A stretch of 64,000 nt of DNA from a virus, in the IMG/VR virus record IMGVR_UViG_3300021093_003813, positions 36,968-100,967 of that record. The stretch is one strand, 5' to 3'. Below the pieces are notes generated by a model. That model saw nothing but the letters and a program-made list of their open reading frames with translations, had not been told where the DNA came from and ran no database searches. This document shows, one piece after another, positions 44,613 to 54,294 of this stretch (positions are counted from its first letter, which is position 1; every line of letters starts with the position of its first letter). A program made the translations under genes and the position numbers.

Positions 44613-45587
44613 TTATCCCCTAAATTCATCTTTATGTCTCAGATACCAATCATGGGTTTTAAGTAATCCATCTTCTAAACTCGTTTTCGCTTCCCAACCC
44701 AATAGTGTCTTGATTTTGCTAGAATCAATTTTTCTTACCGGTATCATGGAAGGTTTACCTTGAACATATTCAACAGGATTGGAATTGTTGACTAACTGTT
44801 TCATCACATCAAGCACCTCGTTCACCGAGTATACTTTGTTAGACCCCACATTGAAAACATCATAAGTGTTTTGCTGTTCCATGATTATTTGAATAGCCTC
44901 TACAAAGTCATCAATATACACTAAATCTCGCAGTTCTGAACCATCTCCCCATATGGGAATAGGATTCATGTTATCAGCCACTTTTCGTATAGTTGCAGGC
45001 GTTACATGGCATTTATTAAAGTCAAATTTATCATGAGGCCCATATAGATTTGCTGGGCGCACCACAACTGTTGTCATGGGATTTGGTAGATACTTAGCGT
45101 ATAGTTCGCATTGTACTTCAGCATATCGCTTCATCCACCCTACAGGAAAATACACGGGGTATGGTGGGTCAAACAGAAAATCGGATTCTGTTACAGGCTC
45201 ATCGCCCTTAGGCGGGTAGACTGTATTAGAAGAAATAAAGATGTACTTTTTAATTTTGTTGCGATAAGAACTGTCAATTAAGAAATTGTTCATTGCAACG
45301 TTGGGTGTTACATGCGCTAGAGGGTCAACAACCGTGTCTACAGCATTAGATGTGCTGGCAGCTGCATGTATAACAACATCTACACCCTTTGTGATGTTTA
45401 GGCATGTTTCATAGTCCATTAAATTCCCATGGACATATGTTACTGAGCTAAGAGGATTTCGCACCCTTCTTTTGTGCAAATGCACGACAAGATTTGTGTA
45501 TCCTTGCTCTACTAATCTATTTGTTAAATTTTGTCCAACTAATCCTGAACCACCGGTTATTAAAATCTTCATATCTTTGGTCATCAT
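44613..45587 (-). CDS. NDP-sugar epimerase/reductase, GDP-L-fucose synthase-like
   Basis: ITGGSGLVG, SS.TVYP, GW.KR..E, NLYGP.D.F, IWGDG...RD; the catalytic Tyr of YxxxK appears replaced. Confidence 0.8.
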   Translation of the reverse strand: MMTKDMKILITGGSGLVGQNLTNRLVEQGYTNLVVHLHKRRVRNPLSSVTYVHGNLMDYETCLNITKGVDVVIHAAASTSNAVDTVVDPLAHVTPNVAMNNFLIDSSYRNKIKKYIFISSNTVYPPKGDEPVTESDFLFDPPYPVYFPVGWMKRYAEVQCELYAKYLPNPMTTVVVRPANLYGPHDKFDFNKCHVTPATIRKVADNMNPIPIWGDGSELRDLVYIDDFVEAIQIIMEQQNTYDVFNVGSNKVYSVNEVLDVMKQLVNNSNPVEYVQGKPSMIPVRKIDSSKIKTLLGWEAKTSLEDGLLKTHDWYLRHKDEFRG

Positions 45588-45621
45588 TACTCTCCATACT
45601 AAGTTATACTAAATACATATC

Positions 45622-46605
45622 TCATTCGTCTAAAAAAGACTTGTAACTATTTATAGAGGCTTTTATACCGTCATATAAACTAGTTTTAGCTGCGATGTTG
45701 TATTTTTTCTGGTTTTCAGTGCTTAACAAACGAAGCAGGTCCCCATTAGGCTTAGAGGTATCCCATACGATTGTCCGAACTTTCCCAGCACATTCCTCAT
45801 ATGCTGAAACAATGGTTTCAATAGTATCTTTAATCGTGATGGCTTCACCACAACCAAAATTTATAACATCATTTACTTCATATCTCACGACATCTAAAAT
45901 TCCGTCTGCAACATCCTCACTAAACACAAAATCTCGACGCGGTGAACCATCACCCCAACAAATCATATCACCTTCAGTATTGAATGCCTTCCAGATATTA
46001 GAACTTATCACAGTAGCATCAGGAGAGAAATTGTCGTTGGGTCCATAGATGTTGGAAGGTCTGATTATTGACCATTTTTTCCAGCCATACTGGACTTTTA
46101 AAGAATCTAATGCCAATTCGCCCATTCTTTTTGCCCAACCAGGATGCCAATCATTTTTAGATGGCATGGTTTCCCAAACACTATCCTCATACATCACTTC
46201 AGCAGGGCTATATACACCAACTGACGAGACATAGACAAACCATTCGACACTAGCTTCGAACGAGGCTTTAATCATGTTTGTATTGAACATCAACATTGGA
46301 AACACATAATCAGCAGGGCATTTGGCTGTTCTAGATGGAGACCCCTTGACACCGGCAACGTGCAATACAATGTCAACTTTTTCTTTTCGGAACAATTGCT
46401 CACAATTATGATAGTACGTCAAGTCTGTTTCCAGTAATTCTATCACACCAGAAGAATCTACTGCCATTCTAACCATGCGGTCAGAAAATTTCAAATCTAC
46501 TGCATATACTTTTGTTGCACCAGCTTCAACACACTTTCTAACAGTCGGCATACCAACTAGACCATTGGCGCCAGTTACTAGTACAACTTTATCTTTAAAT
46601 TCCAT
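45622..46605 (-). CDS. NDP-sugar epimerase/reductase, GDP-L-fucose synthase-like
   Basis: VTGANGLVG, SSVGVY, GWAKR..E, NIYGP.DNF, WGDGSP.RDF, WD.SKP.G; the catalytic Tyr appears replaced. Confidence 0.8.
   Translation of the reverse strand: MEFKDKVVLVTGANGLVGMPTVRKCVEAGATKVYAVDLKFSDRMVRMAVDSSGVIELLETDLTYYHNCEQLFRKEKVDIVLHVAGVKGSPSRTAKCPADYVFPMLMFNTNMIKASFEASVEWFVYVSSVGVYSPAEVMYEDSVWETMPSKNDWHPGWAKRMGELALDSLKVQYGWKKWSIIRPSNIYGPNDNFSPDATVISSNIWKAFNTEGDMICWGDGSPRRDFVFSEDVADGILDVVRYEVNDVINFGCGEAITIKDTIETIVSAYEECAGKVRTIVWDTSKPNGDLLRLLSTENQKKYNIAAKTSLYDGIKASINSYKSFLDE
45648..45655 (-). promoter_or_regulatory. T4-type late promoter TATAAATA inside the sugar island
   Basis: Exact octamer about 60 nt upstream of the ATG at 45587. 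Confidence 0.5.
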
Positions 46606-48064
46606 TGGTATCTCTCACTAGCTTTTTCAAAGCAGTTTCAAAGGGGTTAACATTATAATAACTCATTAATAAATTTTGATTGTGCTGCAATACATCTGTT
46701 ATAGAATAATACCAGTTATGAATTTCTTCTAGAGACATTTTGCGTAACTTCAATATCTCCTCACTTATCATTTTAAATCTTGTTCTGGCATCATCAACTG
46801 TGTCATAGCTCTCATCTATGAATGGATGGAACGTTTTAAATCCTATTTTGTGTAGTTCTTTTAGTGTGCCTGCATCACCTAGCATGATGAATGGCTGTAG
46901 ATTCGCTATAGGTCGATATGTTTTTTCTGAAAAGAATACACCTTTGTTTGCAGTGAATCTAGATTCAGTTGTTATGTTAACATAAGTTTGAGAATAGAAT
47001 TCTTTCTTGTTGTTGTTTGTTGTAAATCCACATTTTGCTTCTAAAGATAGATGCTGTGTATCGACTTCATATGGGAGTAGGTTAATTATTTTTTCTGTGT
47101 AGTAGTTAACTGGGCTAATATCAGCACCAACTAAAACAATTTCATGATTGAGATAACTGTCCAAATAATGACTTAAATCCCGCTGTACATCATTAAAGGC
47201 ATCATTTGTTAGGAACAATAAATCACCTCCCAAAAAGCTAAAAATGCCGTCATCAAGCAAATTATGTTTTAAGGCAGTATATGCCAATGCGACTCTGTGA
47301 TACCGTTTCATAGACCGGTTGAACGAAAGAAATTTTTTATCTCGCATCTGGGTCGCATCTAAATCTTCAGGTAATACATATTGACACTCATATCCAAGAC
47401 CACCCCGAAAATATTCTTTCGTTTTCTCGAACTTGTAGAGTTCAACGCCCGCTTGTGTTAATGGCAGATTAACCTCATAGGTCTTGATGTTATCTGTATT
47501 AACGTACTCGTTTCCGCCGACACACACAATGGCATCATCATGAAAAATACCATGTTCTTGTAAGGTTTTACGAAAGGTCACTACTCCTGACACATCATTG
47601 ATTGGCTCAAACGGAATACTAGCTACAATCTTCACTTTTTTCTCACGAAGTAAAGTTAATAATCGGTCAGAAAAAGTATCTATGACGGTATAGGTATGCT
47701 CTACTCCATTTAGAGTATATGTTTGTGGAATCCACAACATATCATAGTTCTTCAATTCAATGGGATAGATGTAAGTACAATTTTCTTCTATCTGATTTTC
47801 ATCAACAAGATTGTTTGCTTCATTATGTTTTTTAAAAAAGCTATAGAAATTGCAATGATAATACCGCAATATTTCCTTGTCATTCTCTTTGCTTAGCTCA
47901 TTCTCTAAAAAATTTTTATTATCTAAAATCCTGTGACCTTCATTTAGAAAGTGTTTATAAGCAAACTTAATAAGCGGGTCTGGCATTACGTTGGGTAAAG
48001 GATATCTGTTACCCAACTCATCAGTGAACCAGTTGCTGTAAACACATTTTAGAATGCTATCCAT
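46595..48064 (-). CDS. putative glycosyltransferase (GT10-like TEK motif), paralogue 1
   Basis: FLSFNR....HR; Y.NITTES.......FSEKT.RPI...QPFI..G; GFKTFHPFIDESYD. Confidence 0.55.
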   Translation of the reverse strand: MDSILKCVYSNWFTDELGNRYPLPNVMPDPLIKFAYKHFLNEGHRILDNKNFLENELSKENDKEILRYYHCNFYSFFKKHNEANNLVDENQIEENCTYIYPIELKNYDMLWIPQTYTLNGVEHTYTVIDTFSDRLLTLLREKKVKIVASIPFEPINDVSGVVTFRKTLQEHGIFHDDAIVCVGGNEYVNTDNIKTYEVNLPLTQAGVELYKFEKTKEYFRGGLGYECQYVLPEDLDATQMRDKKFLSFNRSMKRYHRVALAYTALKHNLLDDGIFSFLGGDLLFLTNDAFNDVQRDLSHYLDSYLNHEIVLVGADISPVNYYTEKIINLLPYEVDTQHLSLEAKCGFTTNNNKKEFYSQTYVNITTESRFTANKGVFFSEKTYRPIANLQPFIMLGDAGTLKELHKIGFKTFHPFIDESYDTVDDARTRFKMISEEILKLRKMSLEEIHNWYYSITDVLQHNQNLLMSYYNVNPFETALKKLVRDTNGI

Positions 48065-48678
48065 TTACCGTTACCATAATGGGGATATTTTGATTTATAT
48101 GAGTAATGAATTACGTCTGACGGTATATCTCTTTTGACTTTCCACGTAGCTTCGGTGGGAGTGTATGTAGAAATTCCGTTATCCTCAACAACAAAATACA
48201 ATGGCAGCTCGAAATTTCTTGCATACTTATGCACTTCATAAAAAGCACCTGTCTCAAACGCCATGTCTCCTATGAAACACCATACTTTTTCTGTACCGTT
48301 ATTTTTTTTAATTCCTTGAGCTACACCTAACGCTATAGGCAACGTTGCCCCTACTATCGCAGAAGAATAAAACTTTTCTTCGATGTTGCATATAGTGATA
48401 GATTTACCTTCTAGGATTTGATTTTCTAGCCAGTTAGAATCAATACCTTTGAGCATTGCGTGATAATGAGACCTCCATGTGGAAAATACCCAGTCGTGTT
48501 TGTCTATGCGCTTGAATATTTCAATCAACTGTTCCTCATTCCCATCAGACAAATGAACAGGTCCCCGAATCTTGGCATTTTCCCAATGAGAGACAATCAA
48601 CGTTTCAAAGGCTTGCAAACTCTCCTTGTCATGGTAGCTGTCGTGAATTATTGGATATTGGTCAATATTTTTAATCAT
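48049..48678 (-). CDS. TPP enzyme E1-alpha-like subunit (minimal)
   Basis: GPVHLS.GNE, STWRSHYH, SAIVG...PIALG, GD...ETG...E...VEDN (TPP-binding GDG..N motif); ATG 48678 coupled to the rmlC stop. Confidence 0.85.
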   Translation of the reverse strand: MIKNIDQYPIIHDSYHDKESLQAFETLIVSHWENAKIRGPVHLSDGNEEQLIEIFKRIDKHDWVFSTWRSHYHAMLKGIDSNWLENQILEGKSITICNIEEKFYSSAIVGATLPIALGVAQGIKKNNGTEKVWCFIGDMAFETGAFYEVHKYARNFELPLYFVVEDNGISTYTPTEATWKVKRDIPSDVIHYSYKSKYPHYGNGKWIAF

Positions 48679-49220
48679 GAATCCCGCCGCTGTAATACTG
48701 GTGTTGTTGAAGGCCATTCTATATTGAATCTTGGGTCATTCCACTTTATCACACCTTGCTTAGACTCATCTACAAAGTCACCTGCGTAGAACAATGTATA
48801 ATGAAACATACAATCAGTCAGAGCAAAATGCCCATTAGCAAATCCGGGGGGAATCAAAACTTGATGCTGCAACTTATCTGTTATTATATATGATTCCCAT
48901 CTACCGTATGTTTTAGAGTGTTCACGCACATCTAATACAACCAAATAAATGTCTCCTACCGTTGCTTGCACCATCTTCCAGGTTTTGTCATCATAATGTA
49001 AGCCCCGTAACACACCTTTGTATGATTTAGAAAATCGATTATGGATTTCTGTGTTGGCGGGTAGCAAACTATTAACTGGGTGCAATTTTGTGTGATAGGT
49101 AGTGAAAATTTCACCGCGATATTCCCGATAAACCGAAGGAGTATACACAGGAACATCTGTGCCAAATGTTGTTAGATGTGAGACATCAAAATGATGCCAA
49201 GGGTTAATTTTATAGTTCAT
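48675..49220 (-). CDS. rmlC: dTDP-4-dehydrorhamnose 3,5-epimerase-like cupin
   Basis: S.KGVLRGLH, G.IY.VVLD.R..S.TYG.W, IPPGFANGH, WNDP...I.WP. Confidence 0.85.
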   Translation of the reverse strand: MNYKINPWHHFDVSHLTTFGTDVPVYTPSVYREYRGEIFTTYHTKLHPVNSLLPANTEIHNRFSKSYKGVLRGLHYDDKTWKMVQATVGDIYLVVLDVREHSKTYGRWESYIITDKLQHQVLIPPGFANGHFALTDCMFHYTLFYAGDFVDESKQGVIKWNDPRFNIEWPSTTPVLQRRDS

Positions 49221-50593
49221 ACACACCGTTCTCCCAATTCACGGAAAAAATTTATATAGGTTGCATCATCATATTTATAGAGTGTTAAGGCATGCCTGTG
49301 ATTGTGTACCAATATATCTTCCATCTGCCAATACCAGTTATGAAGTTCTTCTTTCGACATGCCACACAATTTTTGCACCTCATGGTATAGCATTTCTAAA
49401 CGAACATCTGTTCTAGGTTCATTGTCATAACTTTCATCGATGAAGGGATGAAAAGTTTTGAACCCCATATTTCTTAGGTGTTCAAGTGCTCCAGGGAAAG
49501 CAGCAAAAACGAACGGTTGAAAATTTACCAACGGCTTAAAGACCTTTTCTGTGAAGGCTTTATACTCCCCATCCATAAAAGTCTCAGATGCTATGTAGAA
49601 ATATGATGACAAGTTCCAAGCGCTACTTTTATCTTGATTCCCTGCCACGTTAAAAAATTCTACTCCTTGTTCTTCCTCTAGGTTGCGAGGAACCATAGAA
49701 ATGAACTCTCTAAACCTTTCTTCTACTGCGTGGTCAGGTATATTGGAAAGTAATGACCAGTTTCCCTTTTCAAGCAATCCATCCCGGTATAAGTTCAATA
49801 ATAATCTAACTCTATATGGGCGGTTTCTTCTGTTCGGAAACGTGAAATGATATTTCCTGATATCATCTTTTGATTTTGAAAAAGTTTCTTCAGTCAGTCT
49901 ATACTGTGGATTATGTGCATAATAATGTGAGATGTCATGCGCTAAGAAAGAAATATTTCTTACTAAGAATTGTTGTGTAATTTCTGGAAACCAAGACTCA
50001 TACACCTTTTGGGAATTTAACCCATTCATGACTAGTATGATTTGATTTTTAGGTATACCGCTATGCGCTAAAGCATTGTTTAGTGATTGAAAATCACCAC
50101 GGTCAATAACACTTTCGTTACACCATTCTAATAATATAGTGGCGTTTCCCTGTTTAGCATCGTTTAGCACTTCCGCTGAAATATGCTTCCAGAAATACTC
50201 ACCGTTCAACTTACTTCCAGACCAATCTTTACCCGTGAATTTAGTAAAGTGTGGGGTAACTTTAATAGAATAGATGTATTTCTTGTGTCCCTTTTTCTTT
50301 CCATAGTATACAGAGCTTTCAATAACATCAATCAAATCGTGCATACAATTGTTTTTGAAATACGAGCCATTATGTTGTACGCTATTAGGCCAAGTTCCCA
50401 ATTGTTCATCAAAAATCATTTTCATGTTGCTTGACGGTGTTTCTAGATTGATATCAAAGAAACTTTCTGTGCGCAGTTTATTAGAATACAGCGTGTGGAG
50501 ATAGTTTATCACACCTATCTCAGGTGGTGTAGCGTTCGGTAGAATGAAGTTTGGAAACACATAATCATAGAGGAAAAACACAGGTATTTTCAT
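49217..50593 (-). CDS. putative glycosyltransferase (GT10-like TEK motif), paralogue 2
   Basis: YFYIASET......FTEKVFKP....QPF; GFKTFHPFIDESYD. Confidence 0.55.
   Translation of the reverse strand: MKIPVFFLYDYVFPNFILPNATPPEIGVINYLHTLYSNKLRTESFFDINLETPSSNMKMIFDEQLGTWPNSVQHNGSYFKNNCMHDLIDVIESSVYYGKKKGHKKYIYSIKVTPHFTKFTGKDWSGSKLNGEYFWKHISAEVLNDAKQGNATILLEWCNESVIDRGDFQSLNNALAHSGIPKNQIILVMNGLNSQKVYESWFPEITQQFLVRNISFLAHDISHYYAHNPQYRLTEETFSKSKDDIRKYHFTFPNRRNRPYRVRLLLNLYRDGLLEKGNWSLLSNIPDHAVEERFREFISMVPRNLEEEQGVEFFNVAGNQDKSSAWNLSSYFYIASETFMDGEYKAFTEKVFKPLVNFQPFVFAAFPGALEHLRNMGFKTFHPFIDESYDNEPRTDVRLEMLYHEVQKLCGMSKEELHNWYWQMEDILVHNHRHALTLYKYDDATYINFFRELGERCV
49272..49279 (-). promoter_or_regulatory. 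possible late promoter TATAAATA upstream of rmlC
   Basis: Exact octamer about 50 nt upstream of the rmlC ATG, but within AT-rich coding DNA. Confidence 0.4.
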
Positions 50594-52041
50594 GTCGAAA
50601 CCCTTGTGTGTAGGTACTTGATAAACTCCAAACTTACAACATCATTCTTATACCATGATTGTGTATGGCTTCTATTATGTCGGAGAATAGATTCCATACT
50701 CCAATACCAAACATGAAGCTCTTCCTTTGACATGGAGCATATCCTTTTAATTTCTTTCCCTAGCATATTAAGTCTTTTACTTTCATTTAATTCTGTATCA
50801 TAGCTTTCATCAATGAAGGGATGAAACGTTTTAAATCCTAAATTGCGTAAAAGCTGTAATGCTCCTGGATATGCAACAAAAACAAAAGGCAGGTAATTAA
50901 CCATAGGTTTAAATACTTTCTCTGTGATGGACTTATAATCGCCATGCACTTGCGTAAACGTTTCACTGCAAATGTAAAAATAGGTATTGAGATACGACAC
51001 AGAAGTGGTGTCGTTCCATGCACTGACATTTGTGAAGTTACTCAACGGTTCGACTTGGAGATTGTGTGGGATTTTATCATACAGAGTTTTGACAACACTT
51101 TCATCCATGTAAAGGTCATAATAGTTTCGCATATAGTCAATTTCATTCTGCCGATAATCTAACGGAGACAAACAAGACCAATCCCCTAGGTCTAGAAGAT
51201 TTTCAGATGCCATATAAAATAGCAATGCCATTCTGTGCCCTCGGGGCCTGCGAATCTTGAAAAGAAATTTATTAGGTCTTGGTGTGTTCCTTGATTCTAT
51301 GAAATCTTGTTCAAGAACACAAGAGGGGTCTTTATGTTCTATCATCGAATTAAAATGAAACGAGGTGTTGGCAACAACACCTGGCCAGTTATGTACTTCT
51401 AACCGTCTTTCTTCTTCAGGAAACCACATTTCATATATCTGTTTCGAATTGAAACTATTAAATGCCAATATAATATTTTCCTTAGGTATTCTGCTATATC
51501 TTAGGCATTCATGTAGTCGATGATAGCTCTCTTTTTCAACATAATTTTCTTGACCAAAATCTAATAAAATTATAGCCGTGCCTTTTCTAGCATCATCTAA
51601 CACTTCCGCTGAAATATGCTTCCAGAAATACTCACCGTTTAATTTTGGGTAATTTTGAACGTTGACACCTGTAAATTCATCAAAGTGTGGAGATACAAGG
51701 ATGGGGTAAATATACTTTGGATACATTTTCTTACCAAAGTATACCGATTCTTCGACACCGTTTAAAATATGCCTATAGGCACCTGAGTGCAAGTGGGTTT
51801 CATATCCTTGGCTATTAGGGAAGTTTCCTAGTTCATAGTCAAATACTTTAGAAAGATTACCAAAAGAACTGCCATTCAAAAAGTTTTCTTGACTACCGAA
51901 ATCGAAAAAAGAATTCTTTTGTATTCTATTCGTGTACATGGTGTGTATGTAATTGATAATACCCAACTCATTTATTATTGCATTGGGTAATACTAAATTT
52001 GGGAACACATAATCATGTAAAAAAGGAATCGTGTATGTCAT
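50590..52041 (-). CDS. putative glycosyltransferase (GT10-like TEK motif), paralogue 3
   Basis: YFYICSET.......ITEKVFKP....PF; GFKTFHPFIDESYD; clearly paralogous to 49217-50593. Confidence 0.55.
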   Translation of the reverse strand: MTYTIPFLHDYVFPNLVLPNAIINELGIINYIHTMYTNRIQKNSFFDFGSQENFLNGSSFGNLSKVFDYELGNFPNSQGYETHLHSGAYRHILNGVEESVYFGKKMYPKYIYPILVSPHFDEFTGVNVQNYPKLNGEYFWKHISAEVLDDARKGTAIILLDFGQENYVEKESYHRLHECLRYSRIPKENIILAFNSFNSKQIYEMWFPEEERRLEVHNWPGVVANTSFHFNSMIEHKDPSCVLEQDFIESRNTPRPNKFLFKIRRPRGHRMALLFYMASENLLDLGDWSCLSPLDYRQNEIDYMRNYYDLYMDESVVKTLYDKIPHNLQVEPLSNFTNVSAWNDTTSVSYLNTYFYICSETFTQVHGDYKSITEKVFKPMVNYLPFVFVAYPGALQLLRNLGFKTFHPFIDESYDTELNESKRLNMLGKEIKRICSMSKEELHVWYWSMESILRHNRSHTQSWYKNDVVSLEFIKYLHTRVST

Positions 52042-52054
52042 GGGTTTATTAAGC

Positions 52055-52852
52055 TTATGAACTCATCCATTCAACTTTAGGCACATATTTTCTTTGAATG
52101 CTGTTACATATCTGAGATGTTTCTCTCTGTGTTTCCAGAGTCATATTATCTACTATTTCTTGGTAGTATCTATTCACAGTATCGTTATTGTATTGTGGAA
52201 ACTTACGCTTAAAATAATCAAAATGTATTTCTGTGGTCGGATGGCCATCATTTTCTGACCCTCCTTTCCAGGATATTCGAACATTATTCTTATGCTGGGC
52301 TTGAAATAATTCTAAATTTTCAGGATAATTAACAATGGCGTTGAATTTATTCTCATACATTAAGGCTAGTTGTTGGTCTGTGATGCGGTTATAAAAAATT
52401 TCAGAATTTGCGGGCCCTTGCAACAGAGTATGCTTTATATTAAGAGTTTCCAGCAGTTTTTTAACAATGAAAGCACTATGCCAAGATTGCTGAAGTCCAA
52501 ACTCTGGTGACCAAAAATGTTCATCTAGATACTTGTACTTTTCTTGGTATAATGGATGACATTCATCACCTCTTGGATATCCATTTAGCACATCTCCATT
52601 TGTGATCCATCCACTATCAGGTTTATAAAAAGAATAACGAGCATGTGTGGTGAACATCACTGCTACATAATCATTCTCAGTGATTTTTTGGTTTTCCAAA
52701 GCTTCACCGAGCATGTACAAGATGTACTGGTTAGATGCTCCTTCCTTAGCATAATTATAGTATTCTTTCGAATTTAAACCCACAGCTAAGTAATCTGCCC
52801 ATGTAGGAAAAGCCCACCTAGTGAAACTACACCCAAATGCAAAGAATCTCAT
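52055..52852 (-). CDS. SGNH-hydrolase-like protein
   Basis: FGCSFT.W..PTWAD, GASN, DGHP. Confidence 0.65.
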   Translation of the reverse strand: MRFFAFGCSFTRWAFPTWADYLAVGLNSKEYYNYAKEGASNQYILYMLGEALENQKITENDYVAVMFTTHARYSFYKPDSGWITNGDVLNGYPRGDECHPLYQEKYKYLDEHFWSPEFGLQQSWHSAFIVKKLLETLNIKHTLLQGPANSEIFYNRITDQQLALMYENKFNAIVNYPENLELFQAQHKNNVRISWKGGSENDGHPTTEIHFDYFKRKFPQYNNDTVNRYYQEIVDNMTLETQRETSQICNSIQRKYVPKVEWMSS

Positions 52853-54294
52853 TGAGAATTATATACCCCAGGTTCATAGTGTTTGATGGACCCGTCAATC
52901 AATGTATCAATGATGTGAAAATATTTTCTAGTCTGTAAGCTGTCATACCATTGAACAACAGAGGGTGGAAAAGTGCTTCTAAAATCTTTTTTTCTCCTTA
53001 TATCATACTGAGTATAGAAACTCTTGAAGTCATGATGCAAGGCATTCTTGTCATCACTTACACTATTATGCCCTTTGTTCACAACTTCAATATAATCAAT
53101 CAATCGTTCAATCTGGGCTTTTTCACCATCGTTGAATAGGGGTGAATGTCTATTAGTGTCATACCACCACTTCAATTTTTCACGAACTTCATTTTTTAGG
53201 TGGTCAGGTAGTGCTAATGGACTCATGAATCCAGGCCAACGAAGGATGTTCAAATCCACGTGGGGCTTATGCCAGCCATATTTCTGTTTTAGCACTATCA
53301 TATCATCCAAGAAATCAGTAATGCTAAACAAACATAGGCTGTTGATGGTCATCATGATTGTTACTGCACGGAATTTGGCATTTTCAATGAAGAATACTAA
53401 ATTATCGCGCCATTTTTCATAAATCAATCCATCACGGATATATTCGGCATGGGGTCCGAACGACTCATTGCTTGTGTACAAGTCGAATTCCTTGATGGGA
53501 AGTTCATGTGTCAATGCCACAACTTTTTCCAACAACTCACGGTCCATACCTAAGTTGGAATTCACAGCAAATCTCATGTTAGGTGAAGGATGCTGCTTCA
53601 TGACATCTATGAATTTCCAAAAGTTATGACTGACGGATGCTTCACCCCCTGTGACACGCAATTCTTCCAAACTTTGTGAGAGTTCAGGCCACCATCGAAG
53701 GAATGCCTCTACATAAGGATTATTTTCTGAGTTTTTTCCATATGGCTCAGCCCAAGACCCGTCTGCTTGATAAGAGCCCCCACCTTCAGATGTGAAGTTT
53801 TGATATGCTCCGTTTTTAGCAATGTCCTTAGCCCACGTTGTACTATATCCAGCATTGCAATAACTACATGCAAAATTACAGGTTCTATCAAAACTTATCT
53901 CAACAGTTTTTAACAGTACGTCATCTTGCCAATTTACATCACGCAGCTTAGCAATATCTTCTTCTTTGTAAATTTGACTCTTATACACTCGGTCGGAAAC
54001 ATTACCTCTTCCGATGTCCTCGATTTTCCAACAATAGGAACATTCAGCAGGGCGCACACCACTCAACATCATTTGCCGAGCTTTCTTTTTATGCTCTGTG
54101 TTGTGTAGTGCTGATGGATTTTGTTGAATTTGTACTAGGTCTACTGGGTGGGGTAAAGGTAAATGGCAGGAACTAGTGTATCCATGCCCTAAATGTAAAC
54201 TAGCATTATACCATTTAGCCGCACAGAAACTAGGACTGATGCTATTTAGGTGTTTCTCCCTCCAGTTAACTAGTTCGTTAGATGCTTCAGACAT
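52849..54294 (-). CDS. radical SAM protein with N-terminal Cys-rich (twitch-like) domain
   Basis: FCAAKW...SCH.P, P.EC.YCW, CNFACSYC, TGGE. Confidence 0.9.
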   Translation of the reverse strand: MSEASNELVNWREKHLNSISPSFCAAKWYNASLHLGHGYTSSCHLPLPHPVDLVQIQQNPSALHNTEHKKKARQMMLSGVRPAECSYCWKIEDIGRGNVSDRVYKSQIYKEEDIAKLRDVNWQDDVLLKTVEISFDRTCNFACSYCNAGYSTTWAKDIAKNGAYQNFTSEGGGSYQADGSWAEPYGKNSENNPYVEAFLRWWPELSQSLEELRVTGGEASVSHNFWKFIDVMKQHPSPNMRFAVNSNLGMDRELLEKVVALTHELPIKEFDLYTSNESFGPHAEYIRDGLIYEKWRDNLVFFIENAKFRAVTIMMTINSLCLFSITDFLDDMIVLKQKYGWHKPHVDLNILRWPGFMSPLALPDHLKNEVREKLKWWYDTNRHSPLFNDGEKAQIERLIDYIEVVNKGHNSVSDDKNALHHDFKSFYTQYDIRRKKDFRSTFPPSVVQWYDSLQTRKYFHIIDTLIDGSIKHYEPGVYNSQ

